Below are positions 1-9,525 of a stretch of 64,000 nt of DNA, in pieces. A program made the position numbers and the translations under genes. The notes below the pieces were generated by a model that saw only the letters and a list, made by a program, of their open reading frames with translations, did not search any database and had not been told where the DNA came from. This stretch comes from an uncultured Chloroflexia bacterium (GTDB lineage Bacteria > Chloroflexota > Limnocylindria > Limnocylindrales > CSP1-4), in contig CAWHXD010000017.1 in the NCBI GenBank assembly GCA_963833225.1, forward strand, positions 256,001 through 320,000, written 5' to 3'. How positions within the stretch are numbered: position 1 is the stretch's first letter; each line of letters begins with the position of its first letter.

Positions 1-378
1 CAGGGCTGGGACGTGTTCGGGACCGCATTCTTCGTCCCAACGGCTGCCTGGCTGCCGCCGGGCCTCGTCTGGACCGCCCAGCTCGCCGCGGTCGTGGGTG
101 GCCACATGCTCGGGGCCTGGGCCGGCCACGTCACCGCCCAGCGGGACCTGGAGGCGTCGGCCGCGGCCGCCAACGGCCGGGCGGCAAGGGACCTGCGTCA
201 CCGGAAGATCCACGACCCGGATCCGCTCCCGCCACGGCGCCGGAACCTGCGCGCCAGGGAGATCCCGCTGGCCGTCGTGATGGTGGCGCTGACGACGCTG
301 ACGCTGTGGTCACTCGGGCAGGCGATCGTCGTCGAGACCCCCGCCGCGTCGGTCGGAGGCGTCACCCAACCCGCGTAG
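1..378 (+). CDS. Membrane protein, C-terminal part (5' truncated by window edge)
   Basis: Frame open from base 1 (QGWDVFGT...); hydrophobic helices, VVGGHMLGAWAGH segment. Confidence 0.6.
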   Translation, partial: QGWDVFGTAFFVPTAAWLPPGLVWTAQLAAVVGGHMLGAWAGHVTAQRDLEASAAAANGRAARDLRHRKIHDPDPLPPRRRNLRAREIPLAVVMVALTTLTLWSLGQAIVVETPAASVGGVTQPA

Positions 379-431
379 GCGCAGCCAGCCCGGCGCCGGG
401 TGCGCCGGGGGCATCCTGGTGACGCGGTCGG

Positions 432-671
432 TCAGGCCTCTCCGAGCCAGGCCGCGATCGTGGGGACTGTCGGGATCTTCCCGGCCGAGACGACCCGGCC
501 GTCGATGACGAGCCCGGGCGTGCTCAGGACGCCGCGGGCGGCAATCTCCGCATAGTCGGTCACGTGGCGGACCTCCGCCGGGATCCCGAGCTGGGCGACG
601 GCCTCACGGGCATTTGCCTCCAGCTTCTGGCAGTTGGCGCAGCCGGAACCGAGAACCTCGATGACCTTCAC
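432..671 (-). CDS. Small redox-active disulfide protein (thioredoxin-like) of ars-type operons
   Basis: MKVIEVLGSGCANC, GVLSTPGLVIDG; downstream of ArsP-like permease. Confidence 0.85.
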   Translation of the reverse strand: MKVIEVLGSGCANCQKLEANAREAVAQLGIPAEVRHVTDYAEIAARGVLSTPGLVIDGRVVSAGKIPTVPTIAAWLGEA

Positions 672-716
672 TGGTGGATCTCCTTGAGAGCGGGTTGGCG
701 AATGGGTGCGCCCACG

Positions 717-1754
717 TCAGGCGAGCAGGTTGAACAGGTAGCCGACGATGACGATCCCGCCGGCCACGGTCGCAGCAAACGTCGCCAGGAGGCGCGGCTT
801 CATGACCTTGCGCAGGATCACCATCTCCGGGAAGGAGAGGGCCGTGATCGCCATCATGAACGCGAGGGCGGAGCCGAGCGGCAGCCCCTTGCCGATCAGC
901 GCCTCGACGATCGGGATGGTGCCGGCGGCATTGCTGTACAGCGGGACGCCGAGGGCGACCAGCGCCGGGACCGCGAGCGGATTGCCCGAGCCGCCGATCG
1001 AGACCACCAGGTCCTGCGGCACGAAGCCGTGGATGAACGCCCCGACCGCGATGCCGGCGACGACCCAGGGCCAGACCCGGCCGACGATGTCGAGCGTCGA
1101 TCGCCAGGCATCACGGACCCGGTCGCCGAGCGACGTGCGCATCTCGATGGCCCCGGCACCCGCCCGGATTGTCCAGACGTAGTCCTCGACATGGCGCTCC
1201 ATGTTCAGCCGTCCGATCAGCAGACCCGCGGCGACCGCCACGACCAGCCCCGCTCCCACGTACGCGGCCGTCACGCCGGGCCCGAACAGCCCCCACAGCA
1301 GGACGATCGCCACCTCGTTGACCATCGGCGACGCCACCAGGAACGCGAAGGTCACGCCCAGCGGCACCCCGGCTTCCACGAACCCGATGAACAGCGGCAC
1401 CGCCGAGCAGGAGCAGAATGGCGTCACCACGCCGAACCCGGCCGCCGCCATGGTCCCGGCCACGGCATTCCGACCAGCCAGCGCGCGCCGGACGCGATCG
1501 GGCGAGACGAACGAGCGCAGGAACGAGACCAGGGTCACGATCCCGGTCAGCAGCAGCAGGACCTTGGGCACGTCGAACAGGAAGAACGCCACCGCCTGGC
1601 CAAGCTGCGACGCCGGATCCTGGCCGAGGACCTCGAAGGCGAGCCACTCAGAGAGCGGCAGCGCCAGGAACCACGCCACCAGCCACGCTGCCGTGCCGGC
1701 GGCGACCACCAGCCACAGCGGAACCTGGGGCCGGCGAAGGGCCAGGGTCGTCAT
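717..1754 (-). CDS. arsP: ArsP/DUF318-family permease
   Basis: TPFCSCSAVPLF motif, FLVASPMVNE, multiple TM helices. Confidence 0.85.
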   Translation of the reverse strand: MTTLALRRPQVPLWLVVAAGTAAWLVAWFLALPLSEWLAFEVLGQDPASQLGQAVAFFLFDVPKVLLLLTGIVTLVSFLRSFVSPDRVRRALAGRNAVAGTMAAAGFGVVTPFCSCSAVPLFIGFVEAGVPLGVTFAFLVASPMVNEVAIVLLWGLFGPGVTAAYVGAGLVVAVAAGLLIGRLNMERHVEDYVWTIRAGAGAIEMRTSLGDRVRDAWRSTLDIVGRVWPWVVAGIAVGAFIHGFVPQDLVVSIGGSGNPLAVPALVALGVPLYSNAAGTIPIVEALIGKGLPLGSALAFMMAITALSFPEMVILRKVMKPRLLATFAATVAGGIVIVGYLFNLLA

Positions 1755-2080
1755 CCGAGGAGCTCGGCGAGGGCGTTGCGGGCGGCCGCGACGGCCGCCT
1801 CGTCGCGTTCGTAGTACTGGAAGCGCCCGTTCGTCTCGTGCCGGACCGAATGCACGAGGCCCGCGTCGCGGAGCCTGGCGAGGTGGTTGGACACGTTGTT
1901 CTCGCGCTCACCCAGGGCCGCCGCCATCTCGCACACGCAATGGGGGCCATCCGCGAGCATCCGCAGGATCGAGGCGCGCACGCGGTCCGCCATCAGCGCC
2001 GCGATGGCCTGCGCCTCGGCCACGTCCGGCGCGGCGAGGTCCATGCGAGGCTGGGCGATAACGGGCAGGTCAGCACGCAT
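1751..2080 (-). CDS. arsR: ArsR/SmtB family transcriptional regulator
   Basis: HCVCEM metal site, VSNHLARLRDAGLV HTH; ATGA overlap with permease. Confidence 0.85.
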   Translation of the reverse strand: MRADLPVIAQPRMDLAAPDVAEAQAIAALMADRVRASILRMLADGPHCVCEMAAALGERENNVSNHLARLRDAGLVHSVRHETNGRFQYYERDEAAVAAARNALAELLG

Positions 2081-2113
2081 GGCTGCGTCCCTGGTGGGAT
2101 CGGGGTGGTGTCA

Positions 2114-2152
2114 ACATCTCACCGGTGAATGTCTCACCATCCGATGAGATGT
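2114..2152. promoter_or_regulatory. Putative ArsR operator (nested inverted repeats)
   Basis: ACATCTCA(2114-2121)...TGAGATGT(2145-2152), with internal quasi-palindrome ACATCTCACCGGTGAATGT, just upstream of arsR. Confidence 0.5.
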
Positions 2153-2245
2153 CATAGGGCCAATCGGCAGGATTGGCAGGCCACCTTGGCTCGGGGCAGC
2201 GACCCGCCCGGGTGATACCCAGCCAAGCTCGCTATCGCTCGGCGA

Positions 2246-2799
2246 TCAGGTCTTGGCGGTCGTGAGGCCGGTCTCGCCGACGAGGCGCTCGAGGCGATCG
2301 TAGGCGTGGGCCGTGGTGCCGCCCGCAGCGTCGCCAATGATGCCGGTCCCGGTGAAGGTGCGGTCGCCGCCCGCGACGTTGTTCGCGCGGTGTAGGTCTG
2401 GGTCATCGAGACCACGGTGCTCTTGGCGGCGCCGGTGGGGCGCTTGGCCGCGTCGTGCGTGTCGGCGAGCGCGCTGGTCTCGCCGGCCCACTTCCGACCC
2501 GCGATCGTGCCGTCGAGGTTCCAGGTGGTGGTCGCGGTCGCCGACCACGGGGTCACCACCGACCGCAGGCGCCCGGCCGACGTGTCGGAGCCCGTTGCCG
2601 GGTTGCACGAGAGGCCGTAGACGGCGTTGTCCGGGCAGTAGCCCGTCTGCTCGCCGATCGAGTCGTACGCGAACCTGGACTTGACGTCGTCGGTGCCGTC
2701 CGCGCCCGAAGCCGCGCCGTTCTCGGAGTCGAGCGTGGTCGCGGCCACCCGGCCGAGGGCGTCGTAGGTCGCCCGGCTCGCGATGCCCAAGGGGGTCAT
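2246..2799 (-). pseudogene. RHS/YD-repeat protein fragment, frameshifted
   Basis: TYDALGRV and FAYDSIGEQ in one frame, AYDRLERLVGE in another; no intact start or end. Confidence 0.6.
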
Positions 2800-2883
2800 G
2801 GTGCCGGTCGCCCGATAGCTGCGCCGCCCGGATCTCGCCGCGGCCTTGCCCAGGCGGCAGCCGGTGGCCGGGGACGGTCGGGA

Positions 2884-3183
2884 GGGTATGTCGTCGCCGA
2901 GCTCGACTACCTCGTCGCGTCACGGCTCGGCGTGACGGCCGAGCTCGCAATCCTCGCAGAGCTGGTGGGCGGCGCATGGGACCTGCCGGCGATGGACGTC
3001 GAAGGGCTCAAGGACACACGCGACGTCATCGGGCACTATGCGCATCAACGGATCGGTGTCGCAGACGCCTCCAACGTCGTCCTCGCCGCGCGTTATCGGA
3101 CGCAGACGATCGTCACGCTCGACCATCGGCATTTCGACGTCCTTCGGCCGATCACCGGCGGTCGCTTCGCCGTGCAGCCGTAG
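2884..3183 (+). pseudogene. PIN-domain (VapC-like) toxin, N-terminally truncated
   Basis: YVVAELDYL...IGVADASNVVLAARY...IVTLDHRHF; first PIN strand (xxDT) and antitoxin absent. Confidence 0.65.
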
Positions 3184-3219
3184 CGCGGATCAACGAGGGA
3201 TCGGCCAAGGGCAACCGAC

Positions 3220-6200
3220 TCAGCCTGGCACCCACTCCGTGATGGCCCTGACTGCCGCGATCCCGTCCACGACCGCCGGATCCAGGGCCTGGGCCGCCGC
3301 GACCCCGGTCTCGATCGAGGTGAAGCACAGGATCCCCTCGGCGATGGTCGCGTGGCGGATGTCGGCCGCGTCGCGCACGGGACCTGAGCGCGGGGTGGGC
3401 GTGTTGACGACGAGCCTGACGGTCCCCGACGCGATCAGCTCCAGGATCCCGGATTCCTCCCCGACCGGCTCCTCGCCCAGCTTCGCGACCGGCGCGATCG
3501 CCACGATCCCGGCCTCCTCCAGCACCGCCCGCGTGCCACCGGTCGCGGCCAGCCGGTAGCCGGCCCGCACCAGTGCCTGGCCGAGGTCCACCAGGCCCCA
3601 CTTGTCGCGGTCGGCGATCGAGAGCAGCGCGAGCGGCGGCTCCCCTGCCCCGGCGCGCGGCGGGATGAGGGCGGCGCCGGTGAGCGCCTTGGCCATGGCG
3701 ACGCGCGGGTCCACGGCGATCCCGATGACCTCACCGGTGGATTGCATGAATGGACCCACCGAGGGATCCACGCCCTTGAGCTTGGACGTCGAGAACGCAG
3801 GCGACTTGACGGCCACGAACGGCGGCTCCGGGCGGAGCCCGCCCTCCCAGCCCATGTCGCGCAGGGTCTCGCCGAGCGAGATCCGGACGGCCAGCTCCAC
3901 CATCGGCACACCGGTCACCTTGGACACGAAGGGCACGGTGCGTGAGGCGCGCGGGTTGACCTCGATCAGGTACACGCCGTCGTCACGGACGATGAACTGG
4001 GCGTTGACCAGCCCCCTGACGCCAAGGGCGAGGCTGATCCGCTCCATGGTCGAGACGATCAGCGACTGGTCGCCCGCCGACACGCCCTGGGGCGGGAACC
4101 ACGCGATCGAGTCGCCCGAATGGATGCCCGCCCGTTCGACATGCTCCAGCAGACCCGGGATCAGGACCTCGGTGCCGTCGCACACGGCGTCGACGTCGAC
4201 CTCGAGGCCCTCAAGGAACCGGTCGATCCGCACCGGCCGGTCGGGGTCCACGATCGCCGCCGCGGCCAGGTGCCGGGCGAGGTCCTCCGGGGAGTAGGCG
4301 AAATCGATGGCCAGGCCGCCGATGACGAACGAGGGCCGGACGATGACCGGGTAGCCGATCCGATCGGCCAGCGTGAGCGCCTCCTCGATGGACTCGGCCA
4401 TGCCGCCCTCGGGCTGCGGGATGCCGAGCCGGTCCAGCAGGGCTGAGAACCGGGTGCGCTCCTCGGCCTGGTCGATGGTCTCGAGATCGGAGCCCAGGAG
4501 CGGCACGCCGGCGGCGACCAGCGGGCCGGCCAGGTTGAGCGGGGTCTGGCCACCGAACGCCACGACGGCGGGGAGGAGGCCGTGGCCGATGTCGTGCCCA
4601 TCGGCGGCCGCCGGGCTCTCGAACTCGATGATGCTGCGCACGCTCTCCGTGTCGAGCGGCTCGAAGTACAGCCGCGTCGAGGCGTCGAAGTCGGTCGAGA
4701 CCGTCTCGGGGTTGGAGTTGACCATGATCGCGCCCCAGCCCTGGCGGCGGAGCACGTCCGCCGCCTGCACGGCGCAGTAGTCGAACTCGATCCCCTGCCC
4801 GATCCGGACCGGACCGGAGCCGATGACGAGGGCGGCCGGCCGGTTGACGGGCGGTGCCTCCGGGGGCGACCCCGCCGATGCGTAGGTCGAGTAGAAGTAC
4901 GGCGTCTCGGCGGCAAACTCGGCGGCGCAGGTGTCGACCATCGCGTAGCCCGGCACCAGCCCCAGCGCCATCCGCGCCCCGCGCACGGCGGCCTCGATCG
5001 TTCCAGCGAGTCTGGCGAGATCCCGGTCGGCGAAGGCGGCCCGCTTGGCGGTGACGAGGAGCGAGGCGCCATCCGCGTCCTCGGGGTCGATGAGCCGCTG
5101 GCCCATGGTGCCCACCGCGGCCTCGAGCGCGACGTTCCGGCCCATCTCGGCCAGGAACCAGGCGCTGATCCCGGTTGCCCGCCTCACCACCTCCTGCGGA
5201 ACCCCGCGGCGCAGCAGCCCCAGGACCCGCCACAGGCGCGAGTCGGACGGCTCCACGAACTGGCGCAGCACGATCGGCGCCGCCGAGCGCTGGGCGAAGC
5301 GGGTGCTCTCGCAGGCCTGGCCGGCGTCGTCCGTCCAGCGGATCGGCGCATCGTCGACGGGGAGCGCGTCGAGGCCCTGGCCACCCTCGTCGGCGTCGAT
5401 CCCCGCGTAGACGGCGGCGAGGTAGTCGAAGGTCGGGCGCCACGAGGGATCCTCGCCCAGCGGTCCGGCACCAGCCTGCTCGAGGCCCCGGAGGGCCTTG
5501 TTGAGGGCGGCCCCGAAGGTGCGGTCGATGGCCATCACCTCGCCCGTCGCCTTCATCTGCGAGCCCAGGCGGCGGTCGGCGGTCGGGAACTTGTCGAACG
5601 GGAAGCGCGGCAGCTTGACCACCACGTAGTCGAGGGCTGGCTCGAAGGCGGCGACGGTCGTGCCGGTGACGACGTTGGGGATCTCCGCCAGCGTGCGGCC
5701 GGTGGCGATCTGGGCAGCGACACGCGCGATCGGGTATCCCGTGGCCTTCGACGCCAGCGCGGACGACCGCGACACCCGGGGGTTGACCTCGATCACCGCG
5801 TACTCGGTCGAGTCGGGCGAGAGCGCGAACTGGACGTTGCAGCCGCCCTCGACCCCCAGCGCGCGGATGATCGCGAGCGCCGCGCTGCGGAGCCGCTGGT
5901 GGACGGTGTCGGTCAGGGTCTGGACGGGGGCGACGACGATCGAGTCGCCGGTGTGGACCCCGAGCGGGTCCACGTTCTCCATCGAGCACACCGCGATGCA
6001 CGTGTCCTCGGCGTCGCGCATGACCTCGTACTCGATCTCCTGCCAGCCGACGAGGCAGCGCTCGATCATGACCTGCTTGATCGGGCTGGCCCGGAGACCG
6101 GCGCGGACACGCTCCCAGTAGGCAGGCTCGGTCTCGACGATCCCGCCGCCGGTGCCGCCGAGGGTGAACGCGGGCCGGATGATGGCCGGCAGCCCGATCT

Positions 6201-6744
6201 CCTCGAGCGCGCGTCGCGCCGAGGCCAGCCGCTCCTCGTCCGTCGCCCCCTCGATGATGGACGACGGCGCGTACGGCTGTTCGATCCGGTCGAGGAGGTC
6301 CCGGAACGCCTCGCGATCCTCGGCCATCCGGATGGCTTCCAGCGGCGTGCCCAGGAGCCGGACGTTGTGGCGCTCCAGGACCCCGGCCTCGGACAGCGCC
6401 ATCGCGAGGTTGAGCGCCGTCTGGCCCCCGAGACCGGCGAGCAACCCCTCCGGCCGCTCACGGGCGATGACGGCCTCGATCGCCGGGACCGTGAGCGGCT
6501 CGAGGTAGACGGCGTCGGCCACGGTGGGGTCGGTCATGATCGTGGCCGGGTTGGAGTTGACGAGGATCGTCCGGACGCCCTCGGCGCGCAGCGCACGGCA
6601 CGCCTGGGTGCCCGCGTAGTCGAACTCTGCCGCCTGGCCGATGACGACCGGCCCCGAGCCCAGGATCAGCACCGAGGCGGGCTTGGGCCGGTGCGCGTGC
6701 ACGGGCGGCACCGGGAGCGGCGCGGCGGCACTGCCCTTGGTCAC
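3220..6744 (-). CDS. carB: Carbamoyl-phosphate synthase large subunit
   Basis: GSGPVVIGQAAEFDY, IEVNPRVSRSSALASKATGYP, duplicated ATP-grasp, MGS domain. Confidence 0.98.
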   Translation of the reverse strand: MTKGSAAAPLPVPPVHAHRPKPASVLILGSGPVVIGQAAEFDYAGTQACRALRAEGVRTILVNSNPATIMTDPTVADAVYLEPLTVPAIEAVIARERPEGLLAGLGGQTALNLAMALSEAGVLERHNVRLLGTPLEAIRMAEDREAFRDLLDRIEQPYAPSSIIEGATDEERLASARRALEEIGLPAIIRPAFTLGGTGGGIVETEPAYWERVRAGLRASPIKQVMIERCLVGWQEIEYEVMRDAEDTCIAVCSMENVDPLGVHTGDSIVVAPVQTLTDTVHQRLRSAALAIIRALGVEGGCNVQFALSPDSTEYAVIEVNPRVSRSSALASKATGYPIARVAAQIATGRTLAEIPNVVTGTTVAAFEPALDYVVVKLPRFPFDKFPTADRRLGSQMKATGEVMAIDRTFGAALNKALRGLEQAGAGPLGEDPSWRPTFDYLAAVYAGIDADEGGQGLDALPVDDAPIRWTDDAGQACESTRFAQRSAAPIVLRQFVEPSDSRLWRVLGLLRRGVPQEVVRRATGISAWFLAEMGRNVALEAAVGTMGQRLIDPEDADGASLLVTAKRAAFADRDLARLAGTIEAAVRGARMALGLVPGYAMVDTCAAEFAAETPYFYSTYASAGSPPEAPPVNRPAALVIGSGPVRIGQGIEFDYCAVQAADVLRRQGWGAIMVNSNPETVSTDFDASTRLYFEPLDTESVRSIIEFESPAAADGHDIGHGLLPAVVAFGGQTPLNLAGPLVAAGVPLLGSDLETIDQAEERTRFSALLDRLGIPQPEGGMAESIEEALTLADRIGYPVIVRPSFVIGGLAIDFAYSPEDLARHLAAAAIVDPDRPVRIDRFLEGLEVDVDAVCDGTEVLIPGLLEHVERAGIHSGDSIAWFPPQGVSAGDQSLIVSTMERISLALGVRGLVNAQFIVRDDGVYLIEVNPRASRTVPFVSKVTGVPMVELAVRISLGETLRDMGWEGGLRPEPPFVAVKSPAFSTSKLKGVDPSVGPFMQSTGEVIGIAVDPRVAMAKALTGAALIPPRAGAGEPPLALLSIADRDKWGLVDLGQALVRAGYRLAATGGTRAVLEEAGIVAIAPVAKLGEEPVGEESGILELIASGTVRLVVNTPTPRSGPVRDAADIRHATIAEGILCFTSIETGVAAAQALDPAVVDGIAAVRAITEWVPG

Positions 6745-7904
6745 GCGTGCCGCCGGCAGGCGTCCGCGAACCGGTCGAACACGGCGAGCGCATCGAGCGG
6801 CCCGGGGGCGCCCTCGGGGTGGTACTGAACGGTCTCGATCGGTTTCTCGGCGTGCCGCAGGCCCTCGACCGAGCGGTCGTTGAGATTCAGCTGGCTGACC
6901 CGGAAGCCAGAGCTCGCCGGCAGGCTGTCACCGAGGACCTGGACCTCGTGGTTCTGCGCGGTGACCTGGACGTAGCCCGTGTCGAGGTCCTGGACCGGGT
7001 GGTTGGCGCCGTGGTGCCCGAACCGCAGGCGGCCGGTCTCCGCGCCCGCCGCGCGCGCCACGACCTGGTGGCCGAGGCAGATGCCGAGGAGCGGGCGCCC
7101 GTCGTCGATGATCGCGCGGGCGAGGGCGACCGGGCCGTCGAGCCGGGCGGGATCCCCGGGGCCCGGGCTCAGCACGACCCCCGCGATGTCGGCGGCAAGG
7201 ATCTCCGCCGCGCTTGCCGTATGGGGCAGCACGCGGACACGGACTCCCCGGCGGTTGAGGCTGCGGACGATGTTGGCCTTGAGCCCGTAGTCGATGATGG
7301 CCACCAGCGGCGCGGCCGGGTCGTCGCCGGACTCGCGAACGGCCGCGGGACTGACCTGGGCGACGAAGTCCTGGTCCTCCCAGCGCGGGACGTCGCGGGC
7401 CATCGCGATGGCCGCCGCGGGATCGGTCATGCCCGGCTGCGTGATGATGCCCCGGAGGCAACCTGTGCTCCGCAGGTGTCTCGCGAGGGCCCGGGTGTCG
7501 ACGCCCGCGATGGCCGGGATGCCGTTGGTTCGCAGGAGCGTGGCCAGCTGGCGCGCATCGTCGAGGACGGCCGCGGTGGCGTGCGCGACGACCAGGCCCC
7601 GCAGCCACGGCCGCTCGCTCTGGTCGTCCGCGAGGAGCCGGCCGTAGTTGCCGATCAGCGGGTAGGTCATCACGACGACCTGGCCCGCGTAGGACGGGTC
7701 GGTGGCGATCTCCTGGTAGCCGGTCTGCGAGGTGTTGACCACCAGGTCCCCGCCCGCCGGCACGTCGGCCCCGAAGGCGATGCCCGCGAACACGGTGCCA
7801 TCCTCGAGCGCAAGGAGCGCCGGACCCGCGTCGCCGACGCGCGGGTCGACGATCGCGTCGGCGCGCGGAAGCGGGGGCTGTCCGACGAACGGTGGGGTGA
7901 TCAC
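6741..7904 (-). CDS. carA: Carbamoyl-phosphate synthase small subunit
   Basis: TGYQEIATDPSY, SPGPGDP, GICLGHQ, QYHPE. Confidence 0.97.
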   Translation of the reverse strand: MITPPFVGQPPLPRADAIVDPRVGDAGPALLALEDGTVFAGIAFGADVPAGGDLVVNTSQTGYQEIATDPSYAGQVVVMTYPLIGNYGRLLADDQSERPWLRGLVVAHATAAVLDDARQLATLLRTNGIPAIAGVDTRALARHLRSTGCLRGIITQPGMTDPAAAIAMARDVPRWEDQDFVAQVSPAAVRESGDDPAAPLVAIIDYGLKANIVRSLNRRGVRVRVLPHTASAAEILAADIAGVVLSPGPGDPARLDGPVALARAIIDDGRPLLGICLGHQVVARAAGAETGRLRFGHHGANHPVQDLDTGYVQVTAQNHEVQVLGDSLPASSGFRVSQLNLNDRSVEGLRHAEKPIETVQYHPEGAPGPLDALAVFDRFADACRRHA

Positions 7905-7961
7905 TCAGGTCCCGGCGGGCCGCGGCGGGCGAGCGTCGCAGGCGGGCATGCGCGTGCGCAA
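7905..7961 (-). CDS. Putative 18-aa leader peptide (MRTRMPACDARPPRPAGT) abutting carA
   Basis: SD GGAGAGGT 9 nt before TTG at 7961; TGA at 7907-7905 directly followed by carA GTG. Confidence 0.4.
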   Translation of the reverse strand: MRTRMPACDARPPRPAGT

Positions 7962-7980
7962 GATAGGTCTACCTCTCCAA

Positions 7981-8022
7981 CACCGGCCTCACGGGACCGG
8001 TCCACCGGCCTCACGGGACCGG
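7981..8022 (-). promoter_or_regulatory. Tandem PyrR-binding-loop-like hairpins (2 x 20 bp perfect direct repeat)
   Basis: CCGGTCCCGTGAGGCCGGTG twice (period 22); core GTCCCGTGAGGC fits the PyrR consensus RUCCNGNGAGGY; upstream of carAB. Confidence 0.7.
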
Positions 8023-8097
8023 CTCTGCAGGATGGCCGAAGCGTAGCATCCCGGCGACCGCCCGGGCATCGCCGGGGGTCCCGCCGAGAGGCGAGCG

Positions 8098-9525
8098 TCA
8101 GCCCGCTGGCGCGGTGTCGCCGCCGGTGGCCGGCGCCGCGGGAGGCACGCTTCCGCCCTGCCCGGGCAGCTCCACCCGGAAGATCGCCCCGCCGGTCTCC
8201 GCGTTGCGCACCCCGATCCGACCGCCGTGCCGCTCGGTGATCCAGCGGGCGATCGCGAGCCCCAGGCCGGTGCCGCCGGACGGTGCGCCGGGCGCTCGAT
8301 AGAACCGGTCGAACACGTGGGCCATGTCCTCGGGCCGCACGCCGGGGCCCTGGTCCGCGACCTCCACCGTCACCATGGTGCCGTCCGTCCGCGCCTGGAC
8401 CGACACGACCCCTCCGCGTGGGCTGTGGCGGACGGCGTTGTCGACGAGGATGGTCACCAGTTGGCGCAGGCGAACTGGATCGCCATCGAGCATAGCCGGC
8501 TCGGGGTCCACCTCGAGGCGGACCAGCCGGTCCTCGGCGAGGCGACCCAGGGAGGTCGCCGCGTCCGACGCCACGTCGCCCAGGTCCAGCGGCATTCGAT
8601 CCAACGGGATCGCCCCCAAATCCGACCGTGCCAGCAGCAGGAGATCGTCCACGAGCAGCGACAGGTGGGTCACCTCCGCCTCGATGTCATCGAGCGCCTC
8701 GGAGGTCGTGCCGAGAGGCTCCTCGCGATGCCGGTTGAGGTGCTCCACGGAGGACCGGATGACGGTCAGCGGTGTCCGCAGCTCGTGCGAGGCGTCGGCG
8801 GCGAACTCGCGCTGGCTCCGAAGCGCGGCACGCTGGGCGGTGAGCGACTCGCGGATCGGCACCAGGGCGCGGCGGGCGTAGAGCGCCCCAAGACCGAACG
8901 ACACGAGGACCACCAGGAACCCACCCCCAAGCAGCACGGCGAGCAGCGCGTTCAGGGTGTTCACCTCGGTGGAGCGGTCCTGGAGCGCCTGGACGTAGTA
9001 CGTGTTGCCGTCCCGGGCGTCGACGCGGTGGGTCAGGATCCGGATCGGGGCGACCGTCGTGGCGCCGCCCGCCTGGATCGTCAGCGTCGAGAGCCGGACA
9101 TCGGTGCGATCGGCGGCGGCTGCGGCGGCGCTCACCCCGTCGGACTCGGGAAGTCCGGCCGGCACGACCTGGCCCCGGTCGCCCAGCAGGACGGGCGTGC
9201 CCGTATCGTCGAACAGGTACAGCAACGTGTTGCCGTTGCCGAACAGGAACCCGAGACCCGGCTGCTCCTGGGTGTCCGGCGTCCCCTCGAGGAACGCGAC
9301 GATCCCCTGCGTCCTGGCCTCCAGCTGGGCAACCGACGCGGTCTCCAGAGCGCGTGCCGTGACCGCGTACAGCGCCGTCGCGAGCACGACCAGGACCGCC
9401 AGCGTGGACAGGCCGCTCCAGGCCACCAGGCGCCAGCGGGTGCGTCGGAGGAGCCGCGCCTGGTCGGCGAGCGCCCCCTGCTCGGCGCCGTCGTCGTCGG
9501 GCGCCAGGCCGACGCCGTCACCCAT
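8098..9525 (-). CDS. Sensor histidine kinase (MprB/CiaH-like)
   Basis: Two TM helices, ADASHELRTPL H-box, N/G boxes; start chosen at ATG 9525 overlapping the regulator. Confidence 0.92.
   Translation of the reverse strand: MGDGVGLAPDDDGAEQGALADQARLLRRTRWRLVAWSGLSTLAVLVVLATALYAVTARALETASVAQLEARTQGIVAFLEGTPDTQEQPGLGFLFGNGNTLLYLFDDTGTPVLLGDRGQVVPAGLPESDGVSAAAAAADRTDVRLSTLTIQAGGATTVAPIRILTHRVDARDGNTYYVQALQDRSTEVNTLNALLAVLLGGGFLVVLVSFGLGALYARRALVPIRESLTAQRAALRSQREFAADASHELRTPLTVIRSSVEHLNRHREEPLGTTSEALDDIEAEVTHLSLLVDDLLLLARSDLGAIPLDRMPLDLGDVASDAATSLGRLAEDRLVRLEVDPEPAMLDGDPVRLRQLVTILVDNAVRHSPRGGVVSVQARTDGTMVTVEVADQGPGVRPEDMAHVFDRFYRAPGAPSGGTGLGLAIARWITERHGGRIGVRNAETGGAIFRVELPGQGGSVPPAAPATGGDTAPAG

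Noticed and set aside
4582-6828. Long antisense or alternate-frame ORFs (e.g. 4582-6828, 17998-region shadows, 49592-51412, 53244-55637)
   Set aside because: Shadow ORFs of real genes in high-GC DNA; Arg/Pro/Gly-rich with no motifs.
7905-7907. Selenocysteine readthrough of the in-frame TGA before carA
   Set aside because: The position is in a non-conserved N-terminal extension and no SECIS-like role is evident.
7981-8022. Mini CRISPR array (also considered 37314-37380 and 41048-41143)
   Set aside because: Only two units each, spacers of 2-15 bp, no cas genes.
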